A DNA stretch of 64,000 nucleotides from Mobula birostris. Its lineage: Eukaryota. Below, piece after piece: positions 10,991-24,900 of the stretch (positions within the stretch are counted from its first letter, which is position 1; every line of letters begins with the position of its first letter). The position numbers were made by a program, and so were the translations under genes. The stretch lies in assembly GCF_030028105.1 (NCBI RefSeq), contig NC_092397.1, positions 24,748,630 through 24,812,629 of the forward strand. Direction: 5' to 3'. Below the pieces are notes generated by a model. It ran no database searches, was not told where the DNA came from, and was given only the letters and a program-made list of their open reading frames with translations.

Positions 10991-12452
10991 CAAGGATGTG
11001 AAGTACAGTACTTAAGAAAGCAGCTGGTTGAACAGGTTAAAGTACAGTTAGGTGTGTCTTAAACAGAGGCCTTGCAACACAGTTAAACCAAATGTTGATC
11101 AAGTATAACCAGTCAGATAGAATATGAAGTCAGCGGCTATGTGTCACATCACAGGTCCATTAATAAAGATACTTTACTAGTCAATGAAATGAAGTTTGTG
11201 ATGTTTATAAAAGATGTGGTGAATTGTGCTGTTCAGTCATCCAGACATACTGAGAAAATTAAAATTATTGTGAAAGCTGCTGAAAGGTATCTAGGTATAA
11301 CTGGTGTTATGTGGGAAACTGTAAAAGAAGCTCTGATGGATGGGGTATCTGTATTTCAGTCTCTTTGTGCAGGTACAGAATGGGATTAAGAATATTGCAG
11401 TGGAATGAGAGAAATTCGATGGTCAAGACATTAGGAAGTTTATTTTTGATTCATCAAATTGGCCCAATATGAAAACGGGCTGTTACCGCATTTCCTTTAC
11501 AGGAAATTATATTGCAGTATGGCATGATAGGTTAGGTGATAGAGGGGGTGGTGTTGCACGTTTAATATGGGAAGGGGCAGGACACAGAGTTGTGGATGTG
11601 AATGAAGTGTATGAGGTGTTTGTAGCAGAGGCATTTGATTCAACAGGTAGGGGTACTAAAGTGGTAAAACTCTTGTGGAGAGCTTTTGATTGATTTGTTG
11701 GAAAGCATATGTCACTCTAGATCGCTAAGGGTTGTATGGTGTGGGGATTTTTGTGCACAGTTCACTGTGGGATCATTCATGGAACTGTTTGATTGTAGAA
11801 GAATGTTTAGGTATTTCCAATCTTGTGTGATTTAATGATGGGAGGGGTATGAAATGTAATGTTTCTAATCATCTGAAAACTGCTGTAAATTTAACTCCAG
11901 TTGCAAACATTCTGGCTGGAGTGACTGAATGAGATGTTATGAGTGAGGAGACAATGGGGAGTGATTACTTTCCTATATTTATAAGCTTAGGTTTGGAGTT
12001 ATATAGGGGGCAGGAGACTGTTTTTAGGAAGTGGAATTTTGATGAAGCAAACTGGGAGAATGTTGAGGATGATATGGGTTTCTGCAATGAATGGTGATGT
12101 CACATTATTCATCAAACTGTGATGGAAGTGATGCCTGTTAAAAATGACATTAATAGGAGGAAGACTGCAGCTTGGTGGATGGGGGAGTGTGCAGAGGGAA
12201 TTAGGGAGAGAAATAAGGTGTTTGGGAGAGTTGAGAATTATCATTCTCTGAGTGACCTTATTAAGTATGAAAGGGTACAAGCTGTGGTGAGGAAAGTGGT
12301 GAAGGTTGTGAAAGAGGTTTACTGGAGGTCATCTTGTGATAGTATTGGACAGGATACTAAACTTGGAGGTGTTTGGGGAATGATTCAGAAAATCAGGGGG
12401 TGGAGTTCATCGGGTTAATAACATTCCAGTATTGATTAAAGAAAGTGATTGT

Positions 12453-13470
12453 TAGAACATAGAACAGTACAGCACAGTACGGGCCCTTCGGCCCACAATG
12501 TTGTGCCGACCTTCAAACCCTGCCTTCTATTTAACTCCCCACCTTAAATTCCTCCATATACCTGTCTAGTAGTCCCTTAAACTTCACTAGTGTATCTGCC
12601 TCCACCACTGACTCAGGCAGTGCATTCCATGCACCAACCACTCTCTGAGTAAAAAACCTTCCTCTAATATCCCCCTTGAACTTCCAACCCCTTACCTTAA
12701 AGCCATGTCCTCTTGTATTGAGCAGTGGTGCCCTGGGGAAGAGGCGCTGGCTATCCACTCAATCTATTCCTCTGATTATCTTGTACACCTCTATCATGTC
12801 TCCTCTCATCCTCCTTCTCTCCAAAGAGTAAAGCCCTAGCTCCCTTAATCTCTGATCATAATGCATACTCTCTAAACCAGGCAGCATCCTGGTAAATCTC
12901 CTCTGTACCCTTTCCAATGCTTCCACATCCTTCCTATAGTGAGGCAACCAGAACTGGACACAGTACTCCAAGTGTGGCCTAACCAGTGTTATATAGAGCT
13001 GCATCATTACATCGTGACTCTTAAACTCTATCCCTGGACTTATGAAAGTTAACACCCCATATGCTTTCTTAACTACCCTATCCACCTGTGAGGCAACTTT
13101 CAGGGAATCTGTGGACACGTACCCCCAGATCCCTCTGCTCCTCCATGCTACCAAGCATGCTGGCATTTACTTTGTACTCTGCCTTGGAGTTTGTCCTTCC
13201 AAAGTGTACCACCTCAGACTTCTCAGGCTTGAACTCCATCTGCCACTTCTCAGCCCACTTCTGCATCCTACCAATGTCTCTCTGCAAACTTTGACAATCC
13301 TCTACACTATCTACTACACCACCAACATTTGTGTCATCTGCAAACTTGCCAACCCACCCTTCTATCCCCACATCCAGGTCGTCAATAAAAATCAGGAAAA
13401 GTAGAGGTCCCAGAACAGATCCTTGTGGGACACCACTAGTCACAATCCTCCAATCTGAATGTACGCCCTC
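12453..13470 (-). mobile_element. CR1 LINE 3' 1 kb nested in the Nimb-like ORF2
   Basis: [52 protein letters not shown] with frameshifts; 3' hairpin and TTCTATGTTCTA tail. Confidence 0.93.
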
Positions 13471-14619
13471 TACTGAAATAGAGAAGGTTGAGTTACTGGC
13501 TTGGTCATTTGCTGCATGTCACAATCAAGATAATTTAAATGAAGAGCCTAAATGATGTCAAGATGAGGATTTAAGTGAATACACTGATGTGTTGAAAGCC
13601 AGCTGTAACAATGATAGTGTTAGTTATGTAGAGTTTATTTGTGTGAATGTAAGAAAGCTATTAACAGTGCAAGTCAGATGGCTGTAGGAAAGGATGATAT
13701 ATGTTAGTGTATGTTTAAGCATATAGCTTACAACTCTTGAGATAATATTAACAAATTGGAATCATATTTGGAGTTTAGACCATATTTCCTCCTTATAGAA
13801 AATGATAGTACCTGTTCCGAAACCTGGAAATCCCCACAGGATCCTTCTAATTATAGACCAATATCATTAACATCCCATCTCATTTCGGTAAACTTACAGA
13901 ACATATGGTAATAGAGTTGTTGAATTATATTTTGGAAAAGAGAGGTGATGGAGCATTTTATCAGCGTGGATTTTGGAACTGTACAATGACATTGGATTCA
14001 GTTTTATGTTTGGAAGATGATATTGGGAAAGCACTTGTAAATAAAGAAGTTGTAATTGCAGTATTTTTGTATTGAAAAAACATATGATATGTTATGAAAG
14101 GATTAAATTATAGAAATGTGGAGTGAGAAGGAGGCTACATTATTTTTTTCTGAGTTTTTTATTTGTATGCTCCAGGCAGTTAAGGATACGTAAGGTATAT
14201 TTGGGATTCTATATGGTGGAGAATGGGACCCTATAAGACAGTATTTGTAGCCCTTTATTGTTTAATATTATGATTAGTGATATTTTTTCTGAGATAGGTA
14301 CTGGGGTGGGGAAATGACCTTTTGCAGATGATGCAGATTTATGGATCAGAGGTATAAAATCCAATCCAATTGTATATAGAATGTGATTAGTGATTAATAA
14401 GGTCAAACAGTGGGAATATAGACAGGGTTTAAAGCTTTCAGTAGCTAAAATACATTTTGTGTTTCACAAAGATGATCAATAGACCTCTTTATTGATCCAT
14501 ATCTTCCTCAATAGCAATTGATTTGAAATTATATGGTCAAACTCTTGAATAAGTGTCAGTGGTAAGATTTTATGGCATGTGGCTGGATTATAAGCCGACA
14601 TGGAAGCACCATATCAGTA

Positions 14620-14802
14620 AAATAATTGATAAATGTAAAGGAGCACCGAATATTCTTGGGTGTCTGTGTACGTATTCTTGGGGCACTATCGGCCCATCAC
14701 TGTGACTCTGTAAATAATTGATAAATGTAAAGGAACACTGAATATCCCTGGGTGTCTGTGTGGGTATTCTTGGGGAGCTATCGGCCCATCACTGTGACTC
14801 TG
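14620..14802 (+). repeat. About 92-bp tandem duplication spanning the LINE/H3-pseudogene junction
   Basis: AAATAATTGATAAATGTAAAGGA...CTATCGGCCCATCACTGTGACTCTG occurs at 14620-14710 and 14712-14802. Confidence 0.9.
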
Positions 14803-15125
14803 ACGGGGAACCAATGCTACCAGAAATCTACCGAGCTGCTCATCCGCAAACTTCCCTTCCAGCATCTGGTGCAGAAGATCAGGCAGGACTTCAAAACCGA
14901 TCTATGCTTCCAGAGCTCGACCATCAAAGGCCTGGAGGAGATTAACGAGGCTTACCTGGTCGGGCTCTTTGCACCATCCACACCAAGCGAGTCACCCTTG
15001 TGCCCAAAGATATTCAGTTGGCTCGCGGCATCGCCAGAAGCGAGCCTCAGCCTGGCCTCGGCAGCAAACACAACAAAATGCTCTTTTAAGAGCCACTAAC
15101 CTGGAAGAGGAAAGGGCTGTCGCTT
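14778..15125 (+). pseudogene. Histone H3 pseudogene (5'-truncated, frameshifted)
   Basis: [50 protein letters not shown] then deletion/frameshift; stem-loop TGCTCTTTTAAGAGCC at 15079-15094 and downstream AGGAAAGGGCTGTCGC as in the intact H3. Confidence 0.95.
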
Positions 15126-16219
15126 TCTCTTCATTACACTGTTGTGTTCACACACATTATCCCTCTGATCTCCCCCGTGGGAGTTTTGGGGTTGTTTGAT
15201 GGGAAATCCCAATTCTCACACCAACTGATCTATTTGTTTTGGTCTCAGCTCATTTCATCAACACATCAATGTCACACTTTAGCCAAAGATGACCATCCAC
15301 ACCAGCAATAACCCCATCATCTCACAGTCAGTGTGAACTTACTGCTCACGATTCCTACATCCACTCCCAAATCACTCAGTTATATCACAAACAGCAAAGG
15401 TCACAGAACAGATCCATGTGGAACAACACTTGTCACCAGCATCTGATCACAAAACTACTCTCTGCCATCACTCTGTCTCCTATTGCAAAGCTAATTCTGG
15501 ATCCAATTTGCCAAATGGCCTGACTGAGGCCCATATGAACCGTATCAATAAACTTCGTCGGTGACGGCAGACCTGGGTGAGGACGGTCAGGACCCAAGTG
15601 CTGGAGTATCAGAGACTAAAATCCAGACACGATAGGAGATGGAAACAACGACGGGGTTCCAAACCAGTCTGTGTCTGGAGGGAAGAGCACTTTGAGTAAC
15701 TCCTTTGCTCCAAATTGGAGAAAAATAGGTAAATAGAAGAGAAGTAAAAAATTACAATAGAAACTGCAGATTCTGCAGTCTGAAGCAAAAGCAGAAAACA
15801 GGAAACTCCAGACCTGCCAGTTCACCACTTGTACTAGGAGAACATTTGGGGCTGTAGCAAAGCAGGAAATTATTGCCAACTTACAAAACCATCAGCCAAA
15901 GTTAACAGACTCTGGTGAAAGAGATTCTATGTTTAACAAATACATTTGAGTGTTTGAAGCTGTAACACCAACTGTGGACAACGAGTCCCAGGAATGCACT
16001 GAACCAAGATGTCCAGGACACGTTTGATAAGCCGCTCCATCACAGGGAGTTGGGGAAAATGAGAGCTGACCGTGATTTCTGAACTTGCTGATCAGAAACA
16101 CTGATGGGAACTGAGTTGTGAAGAGCGGTGAGGAGTCTACAAAGGGGTAGATACAGGTGACGTGATTGGACACAGGTCTGACAACTGGGATATTGTGGGG
16201 GAGGGAGAGTGTGAACTTG

Positions 16220-16550
16220 TACCTGACCCTCTGGCTAAAGAAATGTCTTCTTATCTCTTTTCTGAAGAGACATCCTTCTACTCTGAGTGTGTGCCATCTG
16301 GTGCTGGACGAACCCACTACAGGAAACATCCACTCCACGTTCACTCAAGTGGTTATAATGTCACTCTCTTCTCATTCTTATGAACTTCAGCAAGTACAGG
16401 CCCAGAGCCATCAAATGCACCTAATATGTTAACCTTTTCATTCCCGGGGTCATTCTCGTCAACCTGCTCTGGACCCTCTCTGATGCAAACACATCATTCC
16501 TTGGATAAAGGGCCCAGCATTGCTCACAATACTCCTTGCGGACTGACAAA
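16220..16550 (-). mobile_element. CR1 3' relic
   Basis: ORF 15892-16344 begins NVEWMFPVVGSSSTRWHTLRVEGCLFRKEIRRHFFSQRV. Confidence 0.75.
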
Positions 16551-16689
16551 TGTCAGCATGGACAAGCGGGCCCCTATTTTCACATTTCTGTGAGAAAAGT
16601 AACTAATTTTCATTCTTATATTTTGCTGATTTTAATGTAATCTTCTTCCTCAGTTGTAATTTCTATTTCCCTTCACGATGAAGACTTTG

Positions 16690-17750
16690 CATTCAAAGTC
16701 AACAACATCTCCTCCACAATCACCATCAGCACTGGTGCACCACAAGGTTGTGCTTGGCCCACGACTCTACTCACTTTATACCTGTGATTGTGTGGCTAAG
16801 TACAACCCCGATGACATATTTAAGTTTGCAGATGACACCACTGTTGTTGGGTGAATCAAAGGTGGTGACAAATTTGCCCTCAGGAGGGAGATGTGTGATC
16901 TGGTTGAATGGTGCCACAACGACAACCTCTCACTCAATATCAGCAGATCACTGACCACAGGGGCAGGAAACCGGACGTCCACGGATCAGTCATCAGCAGG
17001 GGACTGGAGGTGGAGACAGTCAGTAACATTAAATTTCTGAGCATTATCATTTCAGAGGGTCTGTCCTGGGACTAGCAGTAAGTGTCACTATAAAGCAGGC
17101 AGGGCAGTGACTCTGCCTGCGTGTAATCAGCGTGACATCTGAAACTTTGACAGATATAGATGCAGAGTGGAGAGTAACCTGACTGGTTTCATCATGGCCT
17201 GATATGGAAACACAATGATCAGGAATGGAAAGGAAAATGTCTACAAGAAATTTGTGGAGATGTCAGGTGTAATTTTTTTTACCAGAGCGTGGTGAGTGCG
17301 TGGAATAGGCTACCGGCAAAGGTAGTGGAGGCAGATACAATAGAGTATTTTCACAGACTCCTGGATAGGTACTTGGAGCTTAGAAAAACAAAGGGCTCTG
17401 GGTAATGCCAGGTAATTTCTAAAATAGGTAGAGGTTTGGCACGGCATCGTGGGCCGAAGGGCCTGTATTGTGCTGTAGGTTTTCCATGTTTCTAACTGGT
17501 GGATGCATCCCAGTACATCACAGGCGAAGCCCTCCCCATCATTCAGTACATTTACAAGCAGCACTTCTACAAGAAAGCTGCATCCATCATCAACAACATC
17601 CTTCAGCCACCTCATGCTCTCTTCCACTGCTGTCATCGGGAAGGACGTACAGGAGCCTTAGGTCCCACACCACCAGGTTCAGGAAGAGTTGTTACCCTAC
17701 AGCAGTCATGCTCTTGAAATGGTGTAGGTATCTTCACTGAACTAATTGCA
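16690..17750 (+). mobile_element. Decayed Rex1/Babar LINE with nested CR1 3' tail (about 17255-17492)
   Basis: STGAPQG, KFADDTTVVG at 16822, DASQYITGEALP..KKAASII; the insert has FFYQSVVSAWNRLP and a CR1 hairpin/CATGTTTCTA tail. Confidence 0.75.
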
Positions 17751-17801
17751 TATCCTGCACACTCACTTTCAAGTACTCCACAACTGAATTGCACAGTAAT
17801 A

Positions 17802-17892
17802 CACATCAAAGTTGCTGGTGAATGCAGCAGGCCAGGCAGCATCTCTAGGAAGAGGAGCAGTCGATGTTTCAGGCCCAGACCCTTCGTCAGGA
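17802..17892 (-). mobile_element. 91-bp Penelope-derived insertion with 10-bp TSD
   Basis: TSD CACAGTAATA at 17792-17801 and 17893-17902; begins (minus) at TC-CTGACGA-AGGGTCTGGGCCT-GAAACATC-GACTG. Confidence 0.85.
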
Positions 17893-18049
17893 CACAGTAA
17901 TATTTATGTTTTAGTATTTGCATTATTTGTCTTCTTTTGCACATTGGCTGTCTGTTCAGTCTTTGCTGTTTATAGTTTTCCTAAATTCCACTGTCTTCAT
18001 TTCCCTGTAAATGCCTGAAAGAAAATTAATCTGAAAGTAGTAACCTGTT

Positions 18050-20285
18050 GCACCAGATGTCCCAACACAGGGGACCACTGCTACACTACGATAAGGAATG
18101 TCTATCATTTGCTCCTAAGACCACATTTCGTTAAGTTGGATCATTTGACTGTACTCCTCCTACCTGCACACAGACAGAGCCTAAGGAACAAGGCTTCAGA
18201 GATCAAGATAACCGAGGGGTGGTGTTGGGAGGCAGAGGAACGGTTACAGGATTGCCTTGGGTCAGCAGGCTGAGCCATGTTCATGAACTCATCTCAGGAC
18301 CTGAAGGACGACACCGGGGTCACTACAGACTTTACTAAAACAGCTGTGGAGTCGTGTGTCCCCACAAAATCATTCAGGCTTTTCCCAAATCAGTAGGCCT
18401 GGATGAGCAATGAGATCAGGAACCTGCTGAGTGCCAGGTCAGAGGCATTCAAGTCTGGAGATCAGGAATGCTACAAGAGGTGCAGGTATGATCTCCAGAA
18501 ACCATCTCTTTGGCAAAGTGGAGATTCCAGGCTAGACTGGAATAAAAGAGAGATGCTTGATAGCTGTGTCAGGGTTTGAATGCCAGAACCTCCTGCAAAG
18601 GTAAATCTTGTGATAAAAGGGGACAGCACAGCTTCGCTTCCAGACGAGCTCAATGCCTCCTATGCTCACTTTGTCCACCAGAAGAGGGAGCACCCCCGTG
18701 TCTCCCGATGGTCATTTGGTCTCAGTATCTGAAGATGACGTGCAGGCTGCCTTCAAGGGAGTGAATCCAAGGAAAGCATCCAGTCTGGACGGAGTACCTG
18801 GCCGAGTACTGAAGACCTGTGCTGACCAGCTGGCTCATGTATTCATGGATATCTTCAACCTCTTGATCTGGCAGTGTGTGGTACCCACCTACTTCAAGGA
18901 AGCTTCAATTATTACGGTGGCCAACAGGAGCGTGGTAACCTGTTTAAATGACTATTACCCAATGGCACTTACATCCACAGTGATGAAGTGTTTTGACAGG
19001 CTGGTGTTGAAGCATATCAGCTCTTGTCTGAATGGTGACTTGGATCCTCTCCAATTCACCTGCCGAAGCAACAGCAGATGCTGTCTTGTTGTCTCTTCAC
19101 ACAACTCTGGAACATCTGGAGAGCAAAGATGCAAACATCTGGATGCCCTTTATTGATTACAGTTCAGCATTTAACACCATCATCCCCTCAAAGCTGATCA
19201 GTAAGCTCTCAGACCTGGGCCTCAATACCCCCTTGTGCAATTGGATCCTGGATTTTCTCAGGTGCAGATCCAAGTCAGTTCAGATTGGCAAAAACATCTA
19301 CTCCACAATCTCTATCAGCACAGGAGCACCACAAGGAAGTGTGCTTGGCCCCCAGCTCTACTCACTTTACACCTATGACTGTGTAGCTGAGTACAGCTCC
19401 AACACCATATACAAGTTTGCTGATCACACCACAATCAAAGGTGGTGATGAATCAGCAAACAGGAGAGAGATTGAAAACCTTGCTGAGTGGTGTAATAACA
19501 ACAACCCCTCACTCAATGTCAGTAAGACTAAGGGACGGATTGTACACTTTAGGAGGGAAAAACCAAAGGTCCATGAGCTAGTAATCAAAGGATGATCAGA
19601 GGTGGAGAGAGTCAGTAACTTTAAATTCCTGTGTGTCACTCACTCAGAGGACCTGTCCTGGACCCATCGCATAAATATAATTGTGAAGAAAGCACAACAG
19701 CACTCTACTTCCTCAGGATTCTGCGGAGGTTCAGCATGTCATTGAAAACCTTGGCAAACATATAAATGTGTGGTGGAAGGTGTGCTGACTGGCTGCATTA
19801 CGGCCTGGTATAGGAACACCAATGCCTTTGAGTGGAAAATCCCACAAAGTGTAGTGGATTCGGCCCAGTATATCACAGGTAAAACCCTCACAACCACTGA
19901 GCACATCTACATGAAACATTACCGTAGGAAAGCAGCGTCCATCAGCAAAGATCCTCACCACCCAGGCAACGATCTTTTCTCACTGTTACCATCAGGTAGA
20001 AGGTACAGGTACCTCAGGACTCGCCCCACCAGGTTCAAGAACAGTTACTACCCCTCAACCATCAGTGTCTTGAACAAAACACTCATGTCACCACTGTAAT
20101 ATCGTTATTTCATGCTTGTTATTTATTGCTATTTATTTCTCTGCATTTACACAATTTGTTTACAGTTTATAGTTCCTCATATTTACAGTTCACAGTTACT
20201 GTTCTATAGATTTGTTAAGATTGCCCGCAGAACAAGATTCTCGGGGTTGTCTGTGAGAATACATTTGAATTTGAACTTTGAACAA
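18050..20285 (+). mobile_element. Rex1/Babar LINE ORF2 (RT), frameshifted
   Basis: [79 protein letters not shown]; tail (TTTGAA)n at 20264-20283. Confidence 0.92.
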
Positions 20286-20519
20286 TATGGTGACATATGC
20301 GCAGTGTGATAACAACTTACTTTGGATAAAATTTTGGCTTTGACAATATTTTTCCGTGATGCTCTTTTATCATGATCCAGTTCCAACATATTTCATCCAA
20401 AATTATAAAAAGATTATCCACACAAAAATATAGAAAATACAAACATGACATATTTATAAGATCGAAGAGCTAAATTACAATATGAATATTACTGTGTATA
20501 ACACACTCAATTCCAGGGA

Positions 20520-20830
20520 ATGGGGGAGTGGGTCACGTCCCTGGAAATCTCCCGCTCTCCCCATTCTGTTTACAATGGTCGCAAGTTTTTCAGCCGCTCT
20601 GCTGATTGACAGCTCCCTCTGCCCCGCCTCCCCGGCTGCCGGGTCACTGTCACGTGACACGTTGTGATTGTTACCCCGTGACGCGCTGACGTCACAAAGC
20701 CCCACCTTTAGCGACGTCGTTTCCCGGGGAACGGGCCGTGGTGGGCGGTAAGTCCGGGGTGGTGGAGTCGGTCTCCACTTGTTGGGGTTTCGGTCTCTCC
20801 TCTTCCTGCCCGCGGAACAGTGAGTGTCTG
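20520..20830 (+). promoter_or_regulatory. CpG-island promoter with probable non-coding first exon
   Basis: High CpG; TGATTGACAG 20603-20612, GC box about 20622, TGTCACGTGACA 20648-20659, TGACGTCA 20687-20694; donors CG|GTAAGT 20748 and CA|GTGAGT 20820. Confidence 0.65.
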
Positions 20831-21957
20831 TCAGCGCCTCACTGCACCGGCTCTCTGCCTCAGGTACAATATTTAAAACATATTTGCACAGTCACATGGA
20901 TGGGAAAGGTTGAGAGGGATTCGGGCCTAATGCAGGCAGATGGGCCGAGTTCAGGTCGACAACTTGGTCGGCGGGGATGAGTTGTACTGAAGGGACTGTT
21001 TCATTTCTGTATAAACCAGTGACTCTATTTTGGGAGGTTAAATCATGGCAGGATGTACACAGATTCCTGAGAAGTTTCTGCCCCCCTCCCCCACACCTCT
21101 CTGGTACTGATTTAGATACCAGTTATTCTCTGTGTGAAATATTTACCCCTCAGATCCCCTTTGAATCCGTCTTTAAACAGTTTTGTCCTATTCTAATGAG
21201 AGGCAGTTCTTTGACTGTCGAGGCAAGCAGAACATACAACCCTGTCTGCCTGTGATGCCACATACAGGGAACTGTGTAACAATATTAGAGGCACATGCAC
21301 AGGGGCTTCAGTGAGCAAGGCCCAGAGGGATATGAAACTAATGCAGGAAAGTGGGATTAGTACAGCTGTGCATGATGGGGAGCATAAATGTGATGGGCCA
21401 GAGGGTCTGTTTCTATCCTGTACAACCCTGACCACAGCAGTCCTCCACTGCAGTGGGGTTTGTCACCTTCATTCTCAACTGTGAGCTTGTTCCACTGAAC
21501 CCCTTATCCTCTGAGAAGACATTTGCACCCTCCCACCGTGACCAAGCTATCAGCCATCTCTCCTAATATCACCCAGAGTACTTCACCAAATTCCCATATA
21601 AAACTATTGTTACTGGTGCATAGGGAATGACAGCATTTTGGTAGCCTTTTGAGGGGGTTGGTTCAGTATTTGACCATTAATTCCTTTGTACAACAACAAT
21701 CCCATCATACTGGGTACTGAATGTTTTAGGTATGACCATCCTGAAGTTCTGTGTTTCAGGTTCCCATTGCACTTTCACTGTCAGTGATTTCTGCATGTCC
21801 ATACTGACCATCGAGAATCTGTCTCCACTAACTCAGAACTTGGTCTGTCTTCTACCCTGCCTTGGTGATTCAAATGCTCATCCAGATGCTCCTTAAATAC
21901 CAGCCTGCATCACCCCTTCAGACTGTGTTCCAGATTGTAACCTCCCTCTGGGGAGAA

Positions 21958-24900
21958 AGGAAACATAGAAAACCTACAGCACAATGCAGGCCCTTCGGCC
22001 CACAAAGTTGTGCCAAACATGTAGCTACCTTTGAAATTACTAGGGTTACCCATAGCCCTCTGTCTTTCTAAGCTCCGTGTATCTATCCAAACGTCTCTTA
22101 AAAGACCCTATCGTATCAGCCTCCACCACCATTGCTGGCAGCCTATTCCATACACTCACCACTCTCTGCATTTAAAATAAAGAGAAAAAAACAACTTAAC
22201 CTGACATCTCCTCTGTACCTACTCCCAAGCACCTTAAACCTGTGCCCTCTTGTGGCAGCCATTTCAGCCCTGGGAAAAATCCTCTGACTATCCACAGAGT
22301 CAATGCTCTCATCATCTTATACACCTCTATCAGGTCACCTCTCATCCTCTGTCGCTCCAAGGAGAAAAGGCTGAGCTCATTCTACCTATTCTCATAAGGC
22401 ATGCTCCCCAATCCAGGTAACATCCTTGTAATTCTCCTCTGCACCTTTCTGTGGTTTCCACATCCTTCCTGTAGTGAGGTGACCAGAACTGAGCACAGTT
22501 CTCCAAGTGGGTCTGACCAAGGTCCTATCGAGCTGCAACATTACCTCTCGGCTCCTAAGTTCAATTCCACGATTGATGAAGGCCAATGAACTGAATGCCT
22601 TCCTTACCACATAGTCAACCTGCGCAGCTGCTTTGAACGTCCTATGGACTCTGACCCCAAGATCCCTCAGGTCCTCTACACTGCCTTGGTCTTACCATTA
22701 ATACTATATGCTGTCATCATATTTGACCTACCAAAATGAACCACTTCACACTTATCTGGGTTGAACTCCATCTGCCACTTCTCAGCCCAGTTTTGCATCC
22801 TATCAATGTTCCGCTGTAACCTCTGACAGCCCTCCACACTATTCACAACACCCCCAACCTTTGTGTCATCAGCAAACTTACTAACCCATCCCTCCACTTC
22901 CTCATCCAGGTCATTTATAAAAATCACAAAAATTAAGGGTCCCAGAACAGATCCCTGAGGCACACCACTGGTCACCGACCTCCATGCAGAATATGACCCG
23001 TTTACAATCACTCTTTGCCTTCTGTGGGCAAGCCAGTTCTGGATCCGCAAAACATTGTCCCCTTTGATCCCATGCCTCCTTACTTTCTCAGTAAGCCTTG
23101 CATGGGGTACCTTATCAAATGCCTTGCTGAAATCCATATGCACTACATCTACTGCTCTCCCTTCATCAATGTGTTCAGTCACATGCTCAAAAAATTCAAT
23201 CAGGCTCGTAAGGCACAACCTGCCCTTGACAAAGCCATGCTGACTATTCCTAATCATGTTATACCTCTCCAAATGTTCATAAATCCTGCTTCTCACGATC
23301 TTCTTCATCAGCTTACCAACCACTGAAGTAAGACTCACTGGTCAATAATTTCCTGGGCTATCTCTACTCCCTTTCTTGAATGAGGGAACAACATCCTCAG
23401 TCCTCCGGAACCTCTCCTGTCCCCATTGATGATGCAAAGATCATCGCCAGAGGCTCAGCAATCTCCTCCCTCGCCTCCCGCAGTATCCTGGGGTACATAT
23501 CATCTGGTCCCGGCCTCTTATCCAACCTGATGCTTTCCAAAAGCTCCAGCATATCCACTTTCTTAATATCTACATGCTCAAGCTTTTCAATCCGCTGCAA
23601 GTCATCCCTACAATCATCGAGATCCTTTTCTGTAGTGAATATTGAAGTAATGTATTCATTAAGTACCTCTGCTATTTCCTCCGGTTCCATACACACTTTC
23701 CCACTGTCACACTTGATAGGTCCTATTCTTTCACGTCTTATCCTCTTGCTCTTCACATACTTGTAGAGTGCCTTGGGGTTTTCCTTAATCCTGCCTACCA
23801 AGGCCTTGTCATGGCCCCTTCTGGCTCTGCTAATTTCCTTCTTAAGCTCCTTCCTGTTAGCCTGACAATCTTCTAGATCTCTAACAGTACCTAGCTCTCT
23901 TAACCTTATGTAAGCTTTTCTTTTCTTCATGACTAGATTTACTACAACCTTTGTACACCACGGTTCCTGTACCCTACCATAACTTCCCTGTCTCATTGGA
24001 ACGTACCTATGCAGAACTTCACACGAATATCCCCTGAATGTTTGCCACATTTCTTCCGTACCTTTCCCTGAGAACATCTGTTCCCAATTTAAGCTTCCAA
24101 GTTTCTGCCTGATAGCCTCATAATTCCCCTTACTCCAATTAAACACTTTTCTAACTTGTCTGTTCCTATCTCTCCCAATGCTATTGTAAAGGAAATAGAA
24201 TTATGATCACTATCTCTAAAATGCTGTCCTGCTGAGAGAACTGACACCTGACCAGGTTCATTTCCCAATACCAAATCAAGTACAGTCTCTCCTCTTGTAG
24301 GCTTATCTACACATTGTGTCAAGAAACCTTCCTGAACACACCTAACAAACTCCACCCTATCTAAACCCCTTGCTCGGGGAAGATGCCAATCAATATTTGG
24401 GAAATTAAAATCTCCTACCGCGACAACTCTGTTGTTATTACTCGTTTCCAGGATCTCTTTCCCTATCTGCTCCTCGATATCCCTGTTACTATTGGGTGGC
24501 CTATGAAAACCACCCAGTAGAGTAATTGACCCCTTCCTGTTCCTAACCTCCACCCACAGAGACTCTGTAGACAATCCTCCCATGACGTCCTCCTTTTCTG
24601 CAGGCATGACACTATCTCTGATCAACAGTACCACGCCCCCACCTCTTTTGCCTTCCTCTCTGTCCTTCCTGAAACATCTAAAACCTGGCACTTGAAGTAA
24701 CCATTCCTGTCCCTGAGCCATCCAAGTCTTTGTAATGGCCACCACATCATAGCTCCAAGTAGTGATACATGCTCTAAGCTCATCCGCTTTGTTCACAATA
24801 CTCCCTGCGTTAAAATAGACACATCTCAAACCGTTGGTCTGAGCACGTACCTTCTCTATCACTTGCCTGTCCTCCCTCACACACCATCTCCAAGCTTTCT

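Larger units (their letters stand above)
9100..14690 (+). mobile_element. Nimb/I-clade-like LINE, decayed, interrupted by four nested insertions
   Basis: ORF1 remnants: IPPPLRCH..QRFGH zinc knuckles at 10035-10195 and FVMFIKDVVNCAVQ..TEKIKIIVKAAERYLGI (11141 ORF); ORF2 start ILQWN at about 11393; NYRPISLTS at 13849; SPLLFNIMISD..FADD at 14250-14335. Confidence 0.8.
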
